DNA of 64,000 nt from an uncultured Chloroflexia bacterium. Lineage in GTDB: Bacteria; Chloroflexota; Limnocylindria; Limnocylindrales; CSP1-4. The notes beneath the pieces are model-generated. The model had not been told where the DNA came from, ran no database searches, and saw only the letters and a list, made by a program, of their open reading frames with translations. Position 1 is the stretch's first letter. Every line of letters starts with the position of its first letter. Both the position numbers and the translations under genes were made by a program. The DNA lies in assembly GCA_963716025.1 (NCBI GenBank), contig CAVQSY010000071.1:16643-80642 (forward strand). Direction: 5' to 3'. Below, one piece after another: positions 37,584 through 48,029 of the stretch.

Positions 37584-39625
37584 CTACATGTAGTAGTCGA
37601 AGTCCTGCTCGGTGCGGATGCGACGGCGGATCGCGAAGACATTGGCCTGGCGCACGTCGGGGTTCAGCTCGACGTAGTTGCGGGGCCCGTGCCACAGGTA
37701 GCGGTCATCGGTCAGGAGGTCGTGGACCTGGTAGGGCTGGCGGGCGTCGAGCCTGAGCTCGTCGAGCGGCAGCTCCACGAACCCGGCCTGCACGTGGTGC
37801 GGGTCAAGGTTGACCACCACGAGGACCTGGCTGGCCAGGTCGGCCGAGCTCTTGGAGTAGGCGATGAGCTGCTCGTTGTCGACATGGTGGAAGCGCAGGT
37901 TCGTGTTCGCGTGAAACGCCGGATGCTCGCGCCGGATCCGGTTCATCCGGCCGATCAGGCCGGCGAGGGTCTTCGTCCGGTCCGGGTTCCACGGCCTGAT
38001 CTCGAACTTCTCCGAGTCGAGGTACTCCTCCTTGCCGGGTCCCAGGGGAACCCCGACGGCCTGCTCGAAGACGGGCCCGTAGATGCCGTAGCTGGGCCCC
38101 AGGGTCGCGGCGAGGATGAGGCGGGTCTCGAACGCGGCGCGCCCGCCGTACTGCAGGTACTCCGGCAGGATGTCCGGGGTGTTCGGCCAGAGGTTCGGCC
38201 GGAAGAACTCGCGCACCCGGGACTGCGTGACCTCGCGGAAGAAGTCGGTCAGCTCGGGCTTCGTGTTGCGCCAGGGGAAGTAGTTGTAGGACTGGGTGAA
38301 GCCGATCTTCGCCAGGCGATACAGCACGTTCGGACGGGTGAAGGCCTCCGCGAGGAAGATCGCGTCCGGGTGGACGCGCGGTCACCTCCGCGATGAGCCA
38401 CTCCCAGAACGCGAAGCGGTTTGGTGTGCGGGTTGTCGATCCGGAAGATCCGGATCCCCTCCGCGAGCCAGAAGTCGACGACGCCCTTGAGCGCGTCCCA
38501 CAGCTCGCGCCACTGGTCGGTCTCGAAGTCGAAGGGGTAGATGTCCTGGTACTTCTTGGGCGGGTTCTCCGCGTACTGGATGGTCCCGTCCGGACGGAGC
38601 CGGAACCACTCCGGGTGCTCCGCGGCCCACGGGTGGTCGGGCGAGCACTGGAACGCGATGTCGAGCGCCATCTCGATCCCGTGCTCCCCGGCCCGCCGGA
38701 CGAGGTGCCGGAAGTCCTCCAGCGTGCCGAGCTCCGGGTGGATGGCGGTGTGCCCGCCCTCCGCGGCGCCGATCGCCCAGGGGCTGCCGGGATCGTCCGG
38801 GCCCGCGACCGTGCTGTTGTTGGGGCCCTTGCGAAAGGTCCGTCCGATCGGGTGGATCGGGGGCAGGTAGAGGATGTCGAACCCCATCTCCGCGATGTCC
38901 GTGAGCCGTTCCTCCACGTCGCGGAAGGTGCCGTGGCGGCCGGGCTCGGTGGCCGCGGACCGCGGGAAGAGCTCGTACCACGCTCCGAAGCGGGCCAGCG
39001 GGCGGTCGACGATGACCGTCAGCTCCGGCACGGTCATGGCGAACGGGCGCTCGGCGTGGCGCGCCATCAGCTCGGCAAGCTCGTCCGACACGGCGGTGCG
39101 CGCGGCCCGGGCTCCGCCTGCCCGCAGCTCCGCGGCAATCGCCGCGAGGCGCGCGGCATCGCCCCGCGCGGCAGCAGCATCGCCCCGCGCCGCAGCAGCA
39201 TCGCTTCCGGCTGCAGCGGAAGCGGACGCGCGGGCTGCGGCGGCCTCCACCAGGCCGGCGCCGATCTGGATGTCGACGGTCACGTCGGTGGCCGCCTCGA
39301 GCCGCTTCGCCATGTCATGGGCCCAGGTCCCGAAGCGGTCGATCCAGGCGGAGGCCGTGTAGCGGTAGCGGCCGATCTCGTCGACCGTGAACGACGCCTC
39401 CCAGCGGTCGTTGACGTGGTGGCGCATGGGCGTCTCGTGCCACGCCTGCTCGCCCTCGCGGCGGTGGAGGAGCACGCAGCCGAGAACGTCGTGCCCGTCG
39501 GCGTAGGCGACGGCCTCGACCACGACGAGATCGCCGGCCACCCGCTTGATCGGCCACTCCCCGGAGTCGACCCGAGGGCCGACGGATTCGATGACGACGC
39601 GACTGCGGCCGTCGCTGCTGCTCAC
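37584..39625 (-). CDS. glgE: Alpha-1,4-glucan:maltose-1-phosphate maltosyltransferase GlgE (frameshifts near 38378 and 38418)
   Basis: ADGHD, AWYELFPRS, YLPPIHPIG, GSPWAIG, QCSPDHPW, YAENPPKKYQDIYP, FRIDNPHTKP, FLAEAFTRP, RPNLWPNTPDIL, EEYLDSEK. Confidence 0.93.
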
Positions 39626-39691
39626 GCTGTTCCCTCCAGGCGATGTGCTGGCTCGATCCGGGCGCCGAGCCGCGACGTGCCGCGCCGACGG

Positions 39692-40912
39692 TCAGGCATC
39701 GGCGACGAGCGATCGGTACAGGTCCACGGTCCGGCTCGCGATCGTGGCCCAGCTGAAGTGGTCCTCGACGCGCTGCCTCCCTGCCCGGCCCATCCGATCG
39801 CGGAGGGTGGCGTCGAGCGCGACCCGGTCGATGGCCTCCGCCAGGTCGGCGGAGAAGCGCGGCGGATCGACGGGGTCGAACGTTCCCGGCCGGATCGCGA
39901 GGTCCACGAGCAGCCCCGTCTCGCCCGGGACGACGACCTCCGGGATCCCCCCGACGGCCGAGGCGACGACCGCGGTCCCGCAGGCCATCGCCTCCAGGTT
40001 GATGATCCCGAACGGCTCGTAGACGGACGGGCAGCAGAAGACGGCGGCGTGCGAGTAGAGCTGGATCGCGTGCGGCCGTGGCACCATCTCGCGGATCCAG
40101 ATGACGTCCGCGCGGTCCGCGGCGACCTCGGCAACCCGCTGGGCCATCTCGTCGCCGATCTCCTTCGTGTCGGGCGCCCCGGCGCAGAGCACCACCTGGA
40201 GCGAAGGGTCGATCCGCGGGATCGCGTTGACGAGGTGGATGATCCCCTTCTGGCGGGTGATGCGGCCGACGAAGAGGACATAGGGGCGGTCCGGGTCGAC
40301 CCCGTACGCGCGCAGGGCATCGACCGCGGGATCGGGTCGGTATTCCTCCAAGTCGATCCCGTTGTGGATCACGTGCACCCGCTCCGGGGCGATGTCGAAG
40401 TGGCGCAGCACGTCGCTGCGGGTCTCCTGCGAGACGGCGATGATGGCGTCGGCGTCCTCGATTGCCGTGCGCTCCATCCATGCCGACAGCCCGTACGCGT
40501 TCCCCAGCTGCTCGACCTTCCACGGCCGGAGCGGCTCCAGCGAATGGGTCGTGATGACGAGCGGAACGCCCCATAGCTTCTTGGCCAGGAAGCCCCCCAT
40601 CTGGGTGTACCAGGTGTGGCAGTGCACGACGTCGGCGCGGAGGGTGTCCTTCGCCATGGCCAGGCTTCGCTGGAACGCGTCGAGGGCGCTCCCGAAGCGT
40701 GCGTCGGTGTCCTCCCGCGCGGCGGCCCAGGGGCCGTACCCTCGGACCCGCAGGCTCGGCCCGTCCACTTCCTGCTCTCCGAAGCAACGGATCTCGACCG
40801 GGACGAGGCGGGCCAGCTCGCGGCTCAGGTACTCGACGTGGACGCCGGCCCCGCCGTACACGTGCGGCGGGTACTCGTTCGTGAACAGGGCCACCCTGCT
40901 GAGGCTCGGCAT
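39692..40912 (-). CDS. glgA: GT4 glycogen synthase of the actinobacterial type (GlgM, maltose-1-phosphate synthase family)
   Basis: TNEYPPHVYGGAGVHVEYL, HCHTWY, HSLEPLRPWK-EQLG, FVGRITRQKG, CPSVYEPFGIINLEAMAC. SD GGGAGG. Confidence 0.9.
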   Translation of the reverse strand: MPSLSRVALFTNEYPPHVYGGAGVHVEYLSRELARLVPVEIRCFGEQEVDGPSLRVRGYGPWAAAREDTDARFGSALDAFQRSLAMAKDTLRADVVHCHTWYTQMGGFLAKKLWGVPLVITTHSLEPLRPWKVEQLGNAYGLSAWMERTAIEDADAIIAVSQETRSDVLRHFDIAPERVHVIHNGIDLEEYRPDPAVDALRAYGVDPDRPYVLFVGRITRQKGIIHLVNAIPRIDPSLQVVLCAGAPDTKEIGDEMAQRVAEVAADRADVIWIREMVPRPHAIQLYSHAAVFCCPSVYEPFGIINLEAMACGTAVVASAVGGIPEVVVPGETGLLVDLAIRPGTFDPVDPPRFSADLAEAIDRVALDATLRDRMGRAGRQRVEDHFSWATIASRTVDLYRSLVADA

Positions 40913-41311
40913 GGAGACGCTCCTCCCTGCGGCGTGGCCGGGGCCGGGTGCGTGGCCCGCGACCGATCCCCCCAAGGCTAGCCGGTTCCGCGCGGTGGCG
41001 GGGCGCATCACCGGGGATTGGCCCATCTCAGCATGATGCCCGTGGCAGCATCAGGGGGGCATCAACCGGCCGGGCGGTCCGCGCCCGATGGCTGGTCGAC
41101 CACGGCCTGCGCGATGCGTGGGGGATGCGGCCAGGGGCATCAGCGCAAGGGGGGGTGACTCCAGCAGAACACCGGGCACCCGGACGGCATGCCAACACGC
41201 CGAGGACTCGTGTCCGGGGGTCGGCACGAGCAGCGCGACGCGCTCTGCGCCCGGCTTCGGTACGATCGCGGCCCCGGGCGGACGCATGCACGCACTCACG
41301 CAGGAGGACCG

Positions 41312-42970
41312 GTGACCCTGCCGCCCTTTCGCTCCCCACACGCTGCAGACGTGGGCGAGCTGCCGCGCGCTGCGCGCCTCGCGGACCTGGCCGCTCCGCC
41401 GCACCGGGACCGCCTGGCTGCCGTCCTCGGGTCGTGGGCGATGGAGCGGCGCTGGTTCCGCAGCAAGGCACGGCGGCTGCGCGCGGTCGACGTCCGCGAC
41501 GTCATCCCCCTCGGTGCGGCGGAGCCCGACGTCGTGCTCGTGGTGCTCGAGGCACGCTACGAGGAGGGTGACCCCGAGGAGTACGCGGTGCCCCTGGCGC
41601 GCCTCCCCGCGCCGGAGATGGCGCAGCTGGCCGGAATGACCGACGCGCTCGTGGGCCGCCTCGGCTCCGGCGACGAGGTGCTCGTCGATGCCATGCGGGT
41701 CCCCGCGACGACGGAGCTGCTCTGCGAGGCCATCGGCGAGGACCGCACCTGGCAGGGAGCATCCGGATGCGTCGTTGCGCGGCCGACCGGCGCATTCGAG
41801 ACGCTGCGGGGTGACCGGAGCCGACGCCTCGTCGCCACGCCGTCGCACGCCGAGCAGAGCAACACCTCGGTCGTGGCGGGGGAACGGCTGATCTTGAAGC
41901 TCTATCGACGTCTCGAATCGGGTCTGAACCCGGAGCTGGAGGTTGGGAGCTTCCTCACCGCGCGGAGATTCCCGCACGTGCCGCGGGTCGCAGGGTCGCT
42001 GGACTACGAGCGCCCGGGCGCACCGCCGGCGACGCTCGCCGTGCTGCAGGAGTACCGGGCAAGCCTGGGCGACGCCTGGTCGTACACGCTCGGCGTCCTC
42101 GGCGACTACCTGGACGCGGTCCAGGGGGAGCTGCCGCCGGCAGTCGTGGTGTCGACGACGGGCCTTCTCGCCCTGTCGGCCGATCCTGTGTCCGGCGGGG
42201 CTCGCGGCGCCATGGGCGGCTACCTCGACCAGGCGCGGCTGCTCGGCGAGCGCACCGCGGCGCTGCATCTCGCTCTCGGCTCGGATCGGGCGGACTCCGC
42301 GTTTGCCCCCGAGCCGGCGGACGCGTCGTACCTGCGGTCCGTGCACTCCGGGATCCTGGCGGCGGCCCGGCTGCAGCTCGACCTCCTGGAGAAGCGTGTG
42401 GCGACGCTGCCCCACGGTGTGCGGGCCGACGCGGAGGAGGTCCTCCGGCGTCGCTCCCAGGTTGACGCCACGCTGGCCCGGCTTGCGGGGCACCATCTGG
42501 ATGGTCTCCGGATCCGGGTACATGGCGACTACCACCTGGGCCAGGTGCTCTACACGGGGGGTGACTTCGTCATCATCGACTTCGAGGGCGAGCCCGGGAG
42601 ACCCTTGCGTGAGCGCCGGCTGAAGGCGTCGCCGCTCGTCGACGTGGCGGGCATGTTGCGTTCCTTCTCATATGCGGCCAGCAGCGCGCTGATCCAGCGC
42701 GGAAGCGGACGGACACAGGGGTCGGGTGCCGCATCCCTGGAGCCGTGGGCGCAGGCCTGGACCGCGTGGGCATCAGGCGCATTCCTGGCCGGATATCGCG
42801 CGGTCGCGGCCGGCGCCGAGATCCTCCCGGCCGACGATTTCCGCTGGGCGGCGCTCCTCGACGCCTTCATGCTGCAGAAGGCCGTCTACGAGCTCGAGTA
42901 CGAGCTCAACAATCGTCCCGCCTGGGTCGGCATCCCGCTCAGGGGCATCGTCGGGTTGCTCGAAGCGTAG
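41312..42970 (+). CDS. mak: Maltokinase (Mak/Pep2; TreS C-terminal-like)
   Basis: RRWFRSKAR, AEQSNTSVV, LKLYRRLE-G-NPELE, IRVHGDYHLGQVL, IIDFEGEP, DVAGMLRSFSYA, KAVYELEYELNNRP-W. SD CAGGAGG. Confidence 0.88.
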   Translation: MTLPPFRSPHAADVGELPRAARLADLAAPPHRDRLAAVLGSWAMERRWFRSKARRLRAVDVRDVIPLGAAEPDVVLVVLEARYEEGDPEEYAVPLARLPAPEMAQLAGMTDALVGRLGSGDEVLVDAMRVPATTELLCEAIGEDRTWQGASGCVVARPTGAFETLRGDRSRRLVATPSHAEQSNTSVVAGERLILKLYRRLESGLNPELEVGSFLTARRFPHVPRVAGSLDYERPGAPPATLAVLQEYRASLGDAWSYTLGVLGDYLDAVQGELPPAVVVSTTGLLALSADPVSGGARGAMGGYLDQARLLGERTAALHLALGSDRADSAFAPEPADASYLRSVHSGILAAARLQLDLLEKRVATLPHGVRADAEEVLRRRSQVDATLARLAGHHLDGLRIRVHGDYHLGQVLYTGGDFVIIDFEGEPGRPLRERRLKASPLVDVAGMLRSFSYAASSALIQRGSGRTQGSGAASLEPWAQAWTAWASGAFLAGYRAVAAGAEILPADDFRWAALLDAFMLQKAVYELEYELNNRPAWVGIPLRGIVGLLEA

Positions 42971-43284
42971 GGGCCCCTCGCCGGTGGCTCGACGTGCCCC
43001 GGGAGCCGGCGCAGCCCGTTGCCCTGGGAGCCGATGCCATACTTGGTGGACCACGGGAACCGCGGGGCCCGCGTCCACCGGCGGCGCGCGCCGACCATCA
43101 TGGGAGGACGGCGGATGCACGGCCACGAGTCGGCGGTCCGCAACCTCGGTGCCCAGCGCGCCATCGCGATCGCCGCGGCGCCGGGACCGTCTGGACGGCG
43201 GACGCCGCACGACTCACGCCGACGCTCGTCCGCGTGGCAGGTCTTGCGGAGTAGGGGGCCGGCCGTCCGGGGCCCGGTCAGGTC

Positions 43285-43650
43285 GTGAGCGGACCCTCGA
43301 CGGTCATCATCACCCTCGCGCTCGTCTTCTACTCCATCGGCGTCTGGAGCGAGCGTTTCGCGGGCCGGCTGAAGCCGTGGCACCTCGCCTTCTTCTGGGC
43401 CGGGCTGGCCTGCGACACCGTGGGAACCGGGATGATGCTCGACATGGCTGGCGGCCTTACCTTCGACGTCCACGGCCTGACGGGCCTCCTCGCCATCCTG
43501 CTGATGCTCATCCACGCTGGCTGGGCGACGGTGGTCCTGGCTCGTCGCGACGAGCGCTGGATCACGCGCTTCCACCGGTTCAGCGTCGTGGTCTGGGGGA
43601 TCTGGCTGGTCCCGTATTTCAGCCCGATGTTGCTGGCGATCGGACGCTAG
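43285..43650 (+). CDS. HsmA/TIGR03987 family membrane protein (putative heme-binding)
   Basis: ITLALVFYSIGVWSE...LKPWHL-FFW-GL-CDT-GT...HGLTGLLAILLMLIHAGWA...FHRFSVVVW-IWLVPY. Confidence 0.8.
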   Translation: MSGPSTVIITLALVFYSIGVWSERFAGRLKPWHLAFFWAGLACDTVGTGMMLDMAGGLTFDVHGLTGLLAILLMLIHAGWATVVLARRDERWITRFHRFSVVVWGIWLVPYFSPMLLAIGR

Positions 43651-43757
43651 TCGCCGGCCGGACGGAAGCCGGTTGGCGTACCGTGAGGCGGCCGGGGAGC
43701 GGTACGTGCGTGAACCGGCTGCCGTCGAACGCTCCCGCGCATGGAGGTACGCGTCCC

Positions 43758-44669
43758 ATGATCGATCGGCGCGCGCAGCTACGCGAGCGACTCGGGCGCG
43801 TCGGCGTCTGGAGCTTCGCCCTCCAGGCGCACGGGGCCGCTGCGGAGCGCAACGCCGTGGGCAGGTACGAGGCCCTGGGCTACACCTCGACCTGGTTTCC
43901 CGAGAGCATCGGGAGCAAGGAGGCCTTCGCCCACGCGGCGGTGCTCCTGGGCGGGAGCTCCCGGATGATCGTCGCCACCGGCATCGCCAGCATCTATGTC
44001 CGCGACCCGATGGCGATGATGAACGGGGCGCGGACGCTGGCCGAGGCGTATCCGGGCCGCTTCATCCTGGGGATCGGCGTCAGCCACGCTCCGGCCGTCG
44101 CCAGCCGCGGAGCGGTCTACGAGCGGCCGATCGAGCGGATGACCTCCTACCTCGACGCGATGGACGCGGCCGGCTACGCGGCGCCGCCGCCTCCCGAGCC
44201 GGTTCCCGTCGTGCTTGCCGCGCTCGGGCCCCGGATGCTGGAGCTCGCCGCCGCGCGGACCGACGGCGCGCACCCGTACTTCGTGCCGGTGGAGCACACC
44301 GCCTCCGCGCGCGGGCGGATCGGCCGGGAGCCGCTTCTCGTCGTCGAGCAGGCCGCCGTCCTCGACAGCGACCCGCACCGTGCTCGCGAGACGGCGCGGG
44401 CTTTCGCCGCGCGGTACCTCGCCGCGGAGAACTACGCGAACAACCTGCGCCGCATGGGCTGGGCTGACGAGGACCTCGTCCACGGCGGGAGCGACCGGCT
44501 CCTCGACGCGGTCGTCGTCCAGGGCGACGCGGCCGCCATTGCCGCCCGGGTCCGCGAGCACCTCGACGCCGGGGCCGATCACGTCTGCGTCCAGCTGCGG
44601 GCTCCCGATCCGGCCGACCTGTGCATGTCGGGCTTCGCCGAGCTTCGCCAGGCGCTGGGAGATCTCTGA
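43758..44669 (+). CDS. LLM class (probably F420-dependent, TIGR03620-like) oxidoreductase
   Basis: LGRVGVW, VATGIASIY-RD, PGRFILGIGVSH, AALGPRMLELAA-RTDGAHPY-VPVEHT, HLDAGADHVCVQ. SD GGAGG. Confidence 0.88.
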   Translation: MIDRRAQLRERLGRVGVWSFALQAHGAAAERNAVGRYEALGYTSTWFPESIGSKEAFAHAAVLLGGSSRMIVATGIASIYVRDPMAMMNGARTLAEAYPGRFILGIGVSHAPAVASRGAVYERPIERMTSYLDAMDAAGYAAPPPPEPVPVVLAALGPRMLELAAARTDGAHPYFVPVEHTASARGRIGREPLLVVEQAAVLDSDPHRARETARAFAARYLAAENYANNLRRMGWADEDLVHGGSDRLLDAVVVQGDAAAIAARVREHLDAGADHVCVQLRAPDPADLCMSGFAELRQALGDL

Positions 44670-44912
44670 GAGGTCTGCGCGAGCGCGGATCGACCGGGGA
44701 CCGGGGGCTCACGACGGCCTCGCCGCGGGCGATCACAACGGGATGGCTGCGCGGACACGCGGGAAGGCTGCCCGGTGACGTAACAATCGGCCGTCTCGGT
44801 CGTTGCTGCTCCCGAGCGGGAGGCGACGACGCGCGATCCGAGCCACGGCCGCCTTGATTGCGCTGAGCCACTGGCGAGACCGACCCGCGCCCGACGTGTC
44901 AGGAGGCTCCCG

Positions 44913-46097
44913 GTGCACAGGACCCACCCAATCCCTCGAGGTGTCTTGGCCCTCGCGGTCGCCAGCATCATCGTCGCAGGTCCCTGCGGTCCTCCCCTGG
45001 TCGCGGCGGTCGCACCGCGGCCGGAGGCGGTCATCGTGGTGTTCGTCGACAGCATCGCCGACCCGGGCTCGACGACGGCTCAACTGGCCCGGGACCACGG
45101 GTTCGTAGCGGATCATGTCTACCGTCACGCGCTCCGGGGGTTCTCGGCAACGCTCCCGGCCCAGACGCGGCTGGCGCTGCTCCACAACCCGCGCGTGGCG
45201 TACATCGCGCCCGACACCATGGCGACGCTTGCGGAGACCCAGCCGGATGCCACCTGGGGGCTGGACAGGATCGATCAGCGTTCACGCAGCCTGGACGGCA
45301 TCTATGGCTACACGGCGACCGGCGCTGGCGTCACCGCGTACGTCATCGACACGGGCATCCGCCTCACGCACGTCGAGTTCGATGGCCGGGCCTCCACCGG
45401 GTGGAACGCCTTCGCGGAGTTGGGCGACGAGTGCAACGGTCACGGGACGCACGTGGCGGCCACGATCGGCGGGGAGACGTACGGCGTGGCCAAGGACGTC
45501 ACGCTGGTTTCGGTGCGGGTGTTCCCCTGCGTCGGCGAGACCCCAGACAGCGTGATCATCGAAGGGCTGGACTGGATGATCGAAGACCACGACGAGGGCG
45601 ACCCGGCGGTTGCCAACATGAGCCTCAGCGGGCCGATCAACGAGGCGCTCGACGATGCCGTGCGAAGCGCCATCGCCGATGGCATCAGTGTCGTCATCGC
45701 GGCCGGAAACGGGACCGACAACGACTTCAGGGCGGCTGATGCCTGCAGCTTCTCGCCCGGTCGCGTCGCGGAGGCGATGACCATGGGTGCCACCACGAGC
45801 AAGGACCTCAAGGCCTCGTTCTCCAACTACGGCCCCTGTGTGGACTGGTTTGCCCCCGGGGCCTCGATCACGTCGGCGTACGACTGGACCGACACGGCCA
45901 GCGCGACCATGAACGGCACGTCCATGGCAACGCCGCACACCGCAGGGGTGGCCGCCCTCTATCTCGAGAGGTATTCGACCGCCGCACCGACTGCTGTGCG
46001 CAACGCGCTCTACGCGGCGACCACGAAGGGCATCGTCAAGGCGTCCAGGTCCACCAACAACCACCTCCTCTACAGCCTCGTCGACGCTCCAAGCTGA
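44913..46097 (+). CDS. Secreted S8 peptidase (aqualysin/proteinase K-like) with I9 propeptide
   Basis: Signal peptide, ATWGLDRIDQR, YVIDTGI, NGHGTHVA, ANMSL, AAGN, GTSMATPHTAGVAALYL. Confidence 0.92.
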   Translation: MHRTHPIPRGVLALAVASIIVAGPCGPPLVAAVAPRPEAVIVVFVDSIADPGSTTAQLARDHGFVADHVYRHALRGFSATLPAQTRLALLHNPRVAYIAPDTMATLAETQPDATWGLDRIDQRSRSLDGIYGYTATGAGVTAYVIDTGIRLTHVEFDGRASTGWNAFAELGDECNGHGTHVAATIGGETYGVAKDVTLVSVRVFPCVGETPDSVIIEGLDWMIEDHDEGDPAVANMSLSGPINEALDDAVRSAIADGISVVIAAGNGTDNDFRAADACSFSPGRVAEAMTMGATTSKDLKASFSNYGPCVDWFAPGASITSAYDWTDTASATMNGTSMATPHTAGVAALYLERYSTAAPTAVRNALYAATTKGIVKASRSTNNHLLYSLVDAPS

Positions 46098-46174
46098 CCC
46101 AGGTGGCGAACGAGCGACGCGGACCCACCCGACAGCTCGGGCGTCGGGCGCCCCCTTCTTCGGAGGACGGGACG

Positions 46175-46252
46175 AGCGGCGGGTGTCCCGGCACCACGCT
46201 CAGGCATGCAGCGGCGGGTGTCCCGGCACCACGCTCCGGCATGCAGCCGCGG
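46175..46252. repeat. 35-bp tandem repeat (about 2.2 copies) between convergent genes
   Basis: AGCGGCGGGTGTCCCGGCACCACGCTC(A/C)GGCATGC at 46175 and 46210; each unit can form a small hairpin. Confidence 0.8.
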
Positions 46253-46257
46253 AGCTC

Positions 46258-46962
46258 CTACCGCTCGTACGGGCTCAGCAGGTCCTTCGACGGTGCCTGG
46301 ACGTCGCCATCGTCGGTGGCCCAGCTGATGTCGGCCTCGACCGCCACCACGCCGGGGACCGTACGGATGAAACGCGGCAGCATCGCCGCGGTCGAGCGCC
46401 GGTCGACCCGCCCGCGCACCGTGACGATCCCCTCGTTGACGGCGATCTCGAAGGCGCCGGGGTCCACCCACAGGGTGCGGAGGAGGATGTCGCGACGAAT
46501 GGCCTCGGCGAGGTCCTCGTCCGACCGCAGGAAGGCGCGGACCAGGTCGGCGCGGGTCACGATGCCAACGAGCGCCCCGTCCCGGGTGACAGGGAGACGC
46601 TTGACGCGCTTCCCGACCATGAGCGTGGCTGCTGCCTGGAGCGGCGCAGCGGCATCGATGGTGATCGCCGGGGAGCTCATGGCATCGGCCGCCGTCCGAG
46701 CCTCCACCCGGGCGAGTGCCTGCTGCGTCTCGCGCGACTCGCCGAACAGACGGGCGAGCGGACGGTGCGGGATGGCCCTGGGGCCGCTCTCCTTGACGAG
46801 GAGATCGCCCTCGGAGACTACGCCGAGCACCCTGCCTCCGGCGTCGACGACCGGGAGCCCGCTGATCCTGCGCTCCACGAGCAGCAGCGCGACGTCTCGG
46901 ATCGGCGTAGTGGGCTCGACGGAGATGACCGGCTGGGTCATCACGTCGCTGACCGTCTGCAT
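46258..46962 (-). CDS. CBS-pair + BON domain protein
   Basis: VSDVMT, ISGLPVVD...GVVSEGDLL, VKRLPV...GIVTRADLV, C-terminal VNEGIVTVRGRV...VPGVVAV. Confidence 0.9.
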   Translation of the reverse strand: MQTVSDVMTQPVISVEPTTPIRDVALLLVERRISGLPVVDAGGRVLGVVSEGDLLVKESGPRAIPHRPLARLFGESRETQQALARVEARTAADAMSSPAITIDAAAPLQAAATLMVGKRVKRLPVTRDGALVGIVTRADLVRAFLRSDEDLAEAIRRDILLRTLWVDPGAFEIAVNEGIVTVRGRVDRRSTAAMLPRFIRTVPGVVAVEADISWATDDGDVQAPSKDLLSPYER

Positions 46963-47150
46963 GTCGCTCACCTCAGCTGCGGGGACGAGCGGAACATGGT
47001 ACGACGTGGTGCGAGGCGGGAACAGCCTGAGCCGGCCGCGTGCTCGACGAGGCAGGCCCGCGTCGCGTGCCCGGAGCGCGGCCGCGGCCCGCCCCAGCCG
47101 CGCGAGCTGGCGGCCGCCCGGGAGCGGCCTCTCCGACGTAGGATCGTCGC

Positions 47151-48029
47151 GTGCACGCCGCGACGACCGAGTATGCGCTCCTGGATGCCGGCGCAGGGCG
47201 CCGGCTGGAGCGGTTCGGCTCGATCGTCGTCGACCGTCCGGCCCCCGGCGCGGACGAGGTGCCGGGGGCGCCGGCTGGCAGATGGGCGACGGCCACCGCG
47301 CGGTACGAGCGGACCTCCGGCGGGGCGGGCGCCTGGCATCCCGGCGGCGCGCTCCCGGCCGCGTGGAACGCCATGTTCGACGATCTCATGCTCGAGCTGC
47401 GCCCGACGCCCGCCGGCCAGGTTGGGGTCTTCCCGGAGCACCTGCCGGTCGCCTCGTGGGCCGCCGACCAGGTCCGCGCGCTGGCGACCGAGCTCGGCCG
47501 CCCGGCGGTGGTCCTCAACCTCTTTGCCTACACGGGCTTGACCACGCTGGTCCTCGCGCGGGCAGGAGCGGAGGTGGCCCACGTCGACGCCTCGCGCCCC
47601 GCGGTTGCCTGGGCGCGTCGAAACGCCGGTCTCTCGGGCCTCGCGCATCTGCCGATCCGGTGGCTCGTGGAGGACGCCTCGCGGTTCGTCGCCCGCGAGG
47701 TGCGCCGTGGTCGTCGGTACGATGGCATCGTGCTCGATCCGCCCACCTACGGCCACGGCACGCGGGGCGCGGCCTGGCAGCTCGACGTCGATCTCGCACC
47801 CCTTCTCGGGGCGCTGCGATCGCTCCTCGCCCCGGGTCCGTGGTTCCTCGCCTGCACGGCGCACGCGACGGGGCTCGCGCCTGTCGACCTCGGCGCGATC
47901 GTCGACGCCGCGCTGCCGGGGGAGGGGACCGCCGGGGTCCGCGCCCTCGTGCTCCGCTCCGAGGAAGGGACGCGCCTCGCGGCTGGCAGCGCCGTCTTCG
48001 TGCACCACGCCGCGGACGCCAGGCGGTGA
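47151..48029 (+). CDS. Class I SAM-dependent methyltransferase (COG1092, RlmI/K-like)
   Basis: LLDAG-GRRLERFG, GVFPEH, VLNLFAYTG, HVDAS, YDGIVLDPPTYG. Confidence 0.88.
   Translation: MHAATTEYALLDAGAGRRLERFGSIVVDRPAPGADEVPGAPAGRWATATARYERTSGGAGAWHPGGALPAAWNAMFDDLMLELRPTPAGQVGVFPEHLPVASWAADQVRALATELGRPAVVLNLFAYTGLTTLVLARAGAEVAHVDASRPAVAWARRNAGLSGLAHLPIRWLVEDASRFVAREVRRGRRYDGIVLDPPTYGHGTRGAAWQLDVDLAPLLGALRSLLAPGPWFLACTAHATGLAPVDLGAIVDAALPGEGTAGVRALVLRSEEGTRLAAGSAVFVHHAADARR

Noticed and set aside
43019-43288. Small ORF upstream of the HsmA-like gene
   Set aside because: It has a GGGAGG before an internal ATG, but the translation is low-complexity with no recognisable family; may be a remnant.
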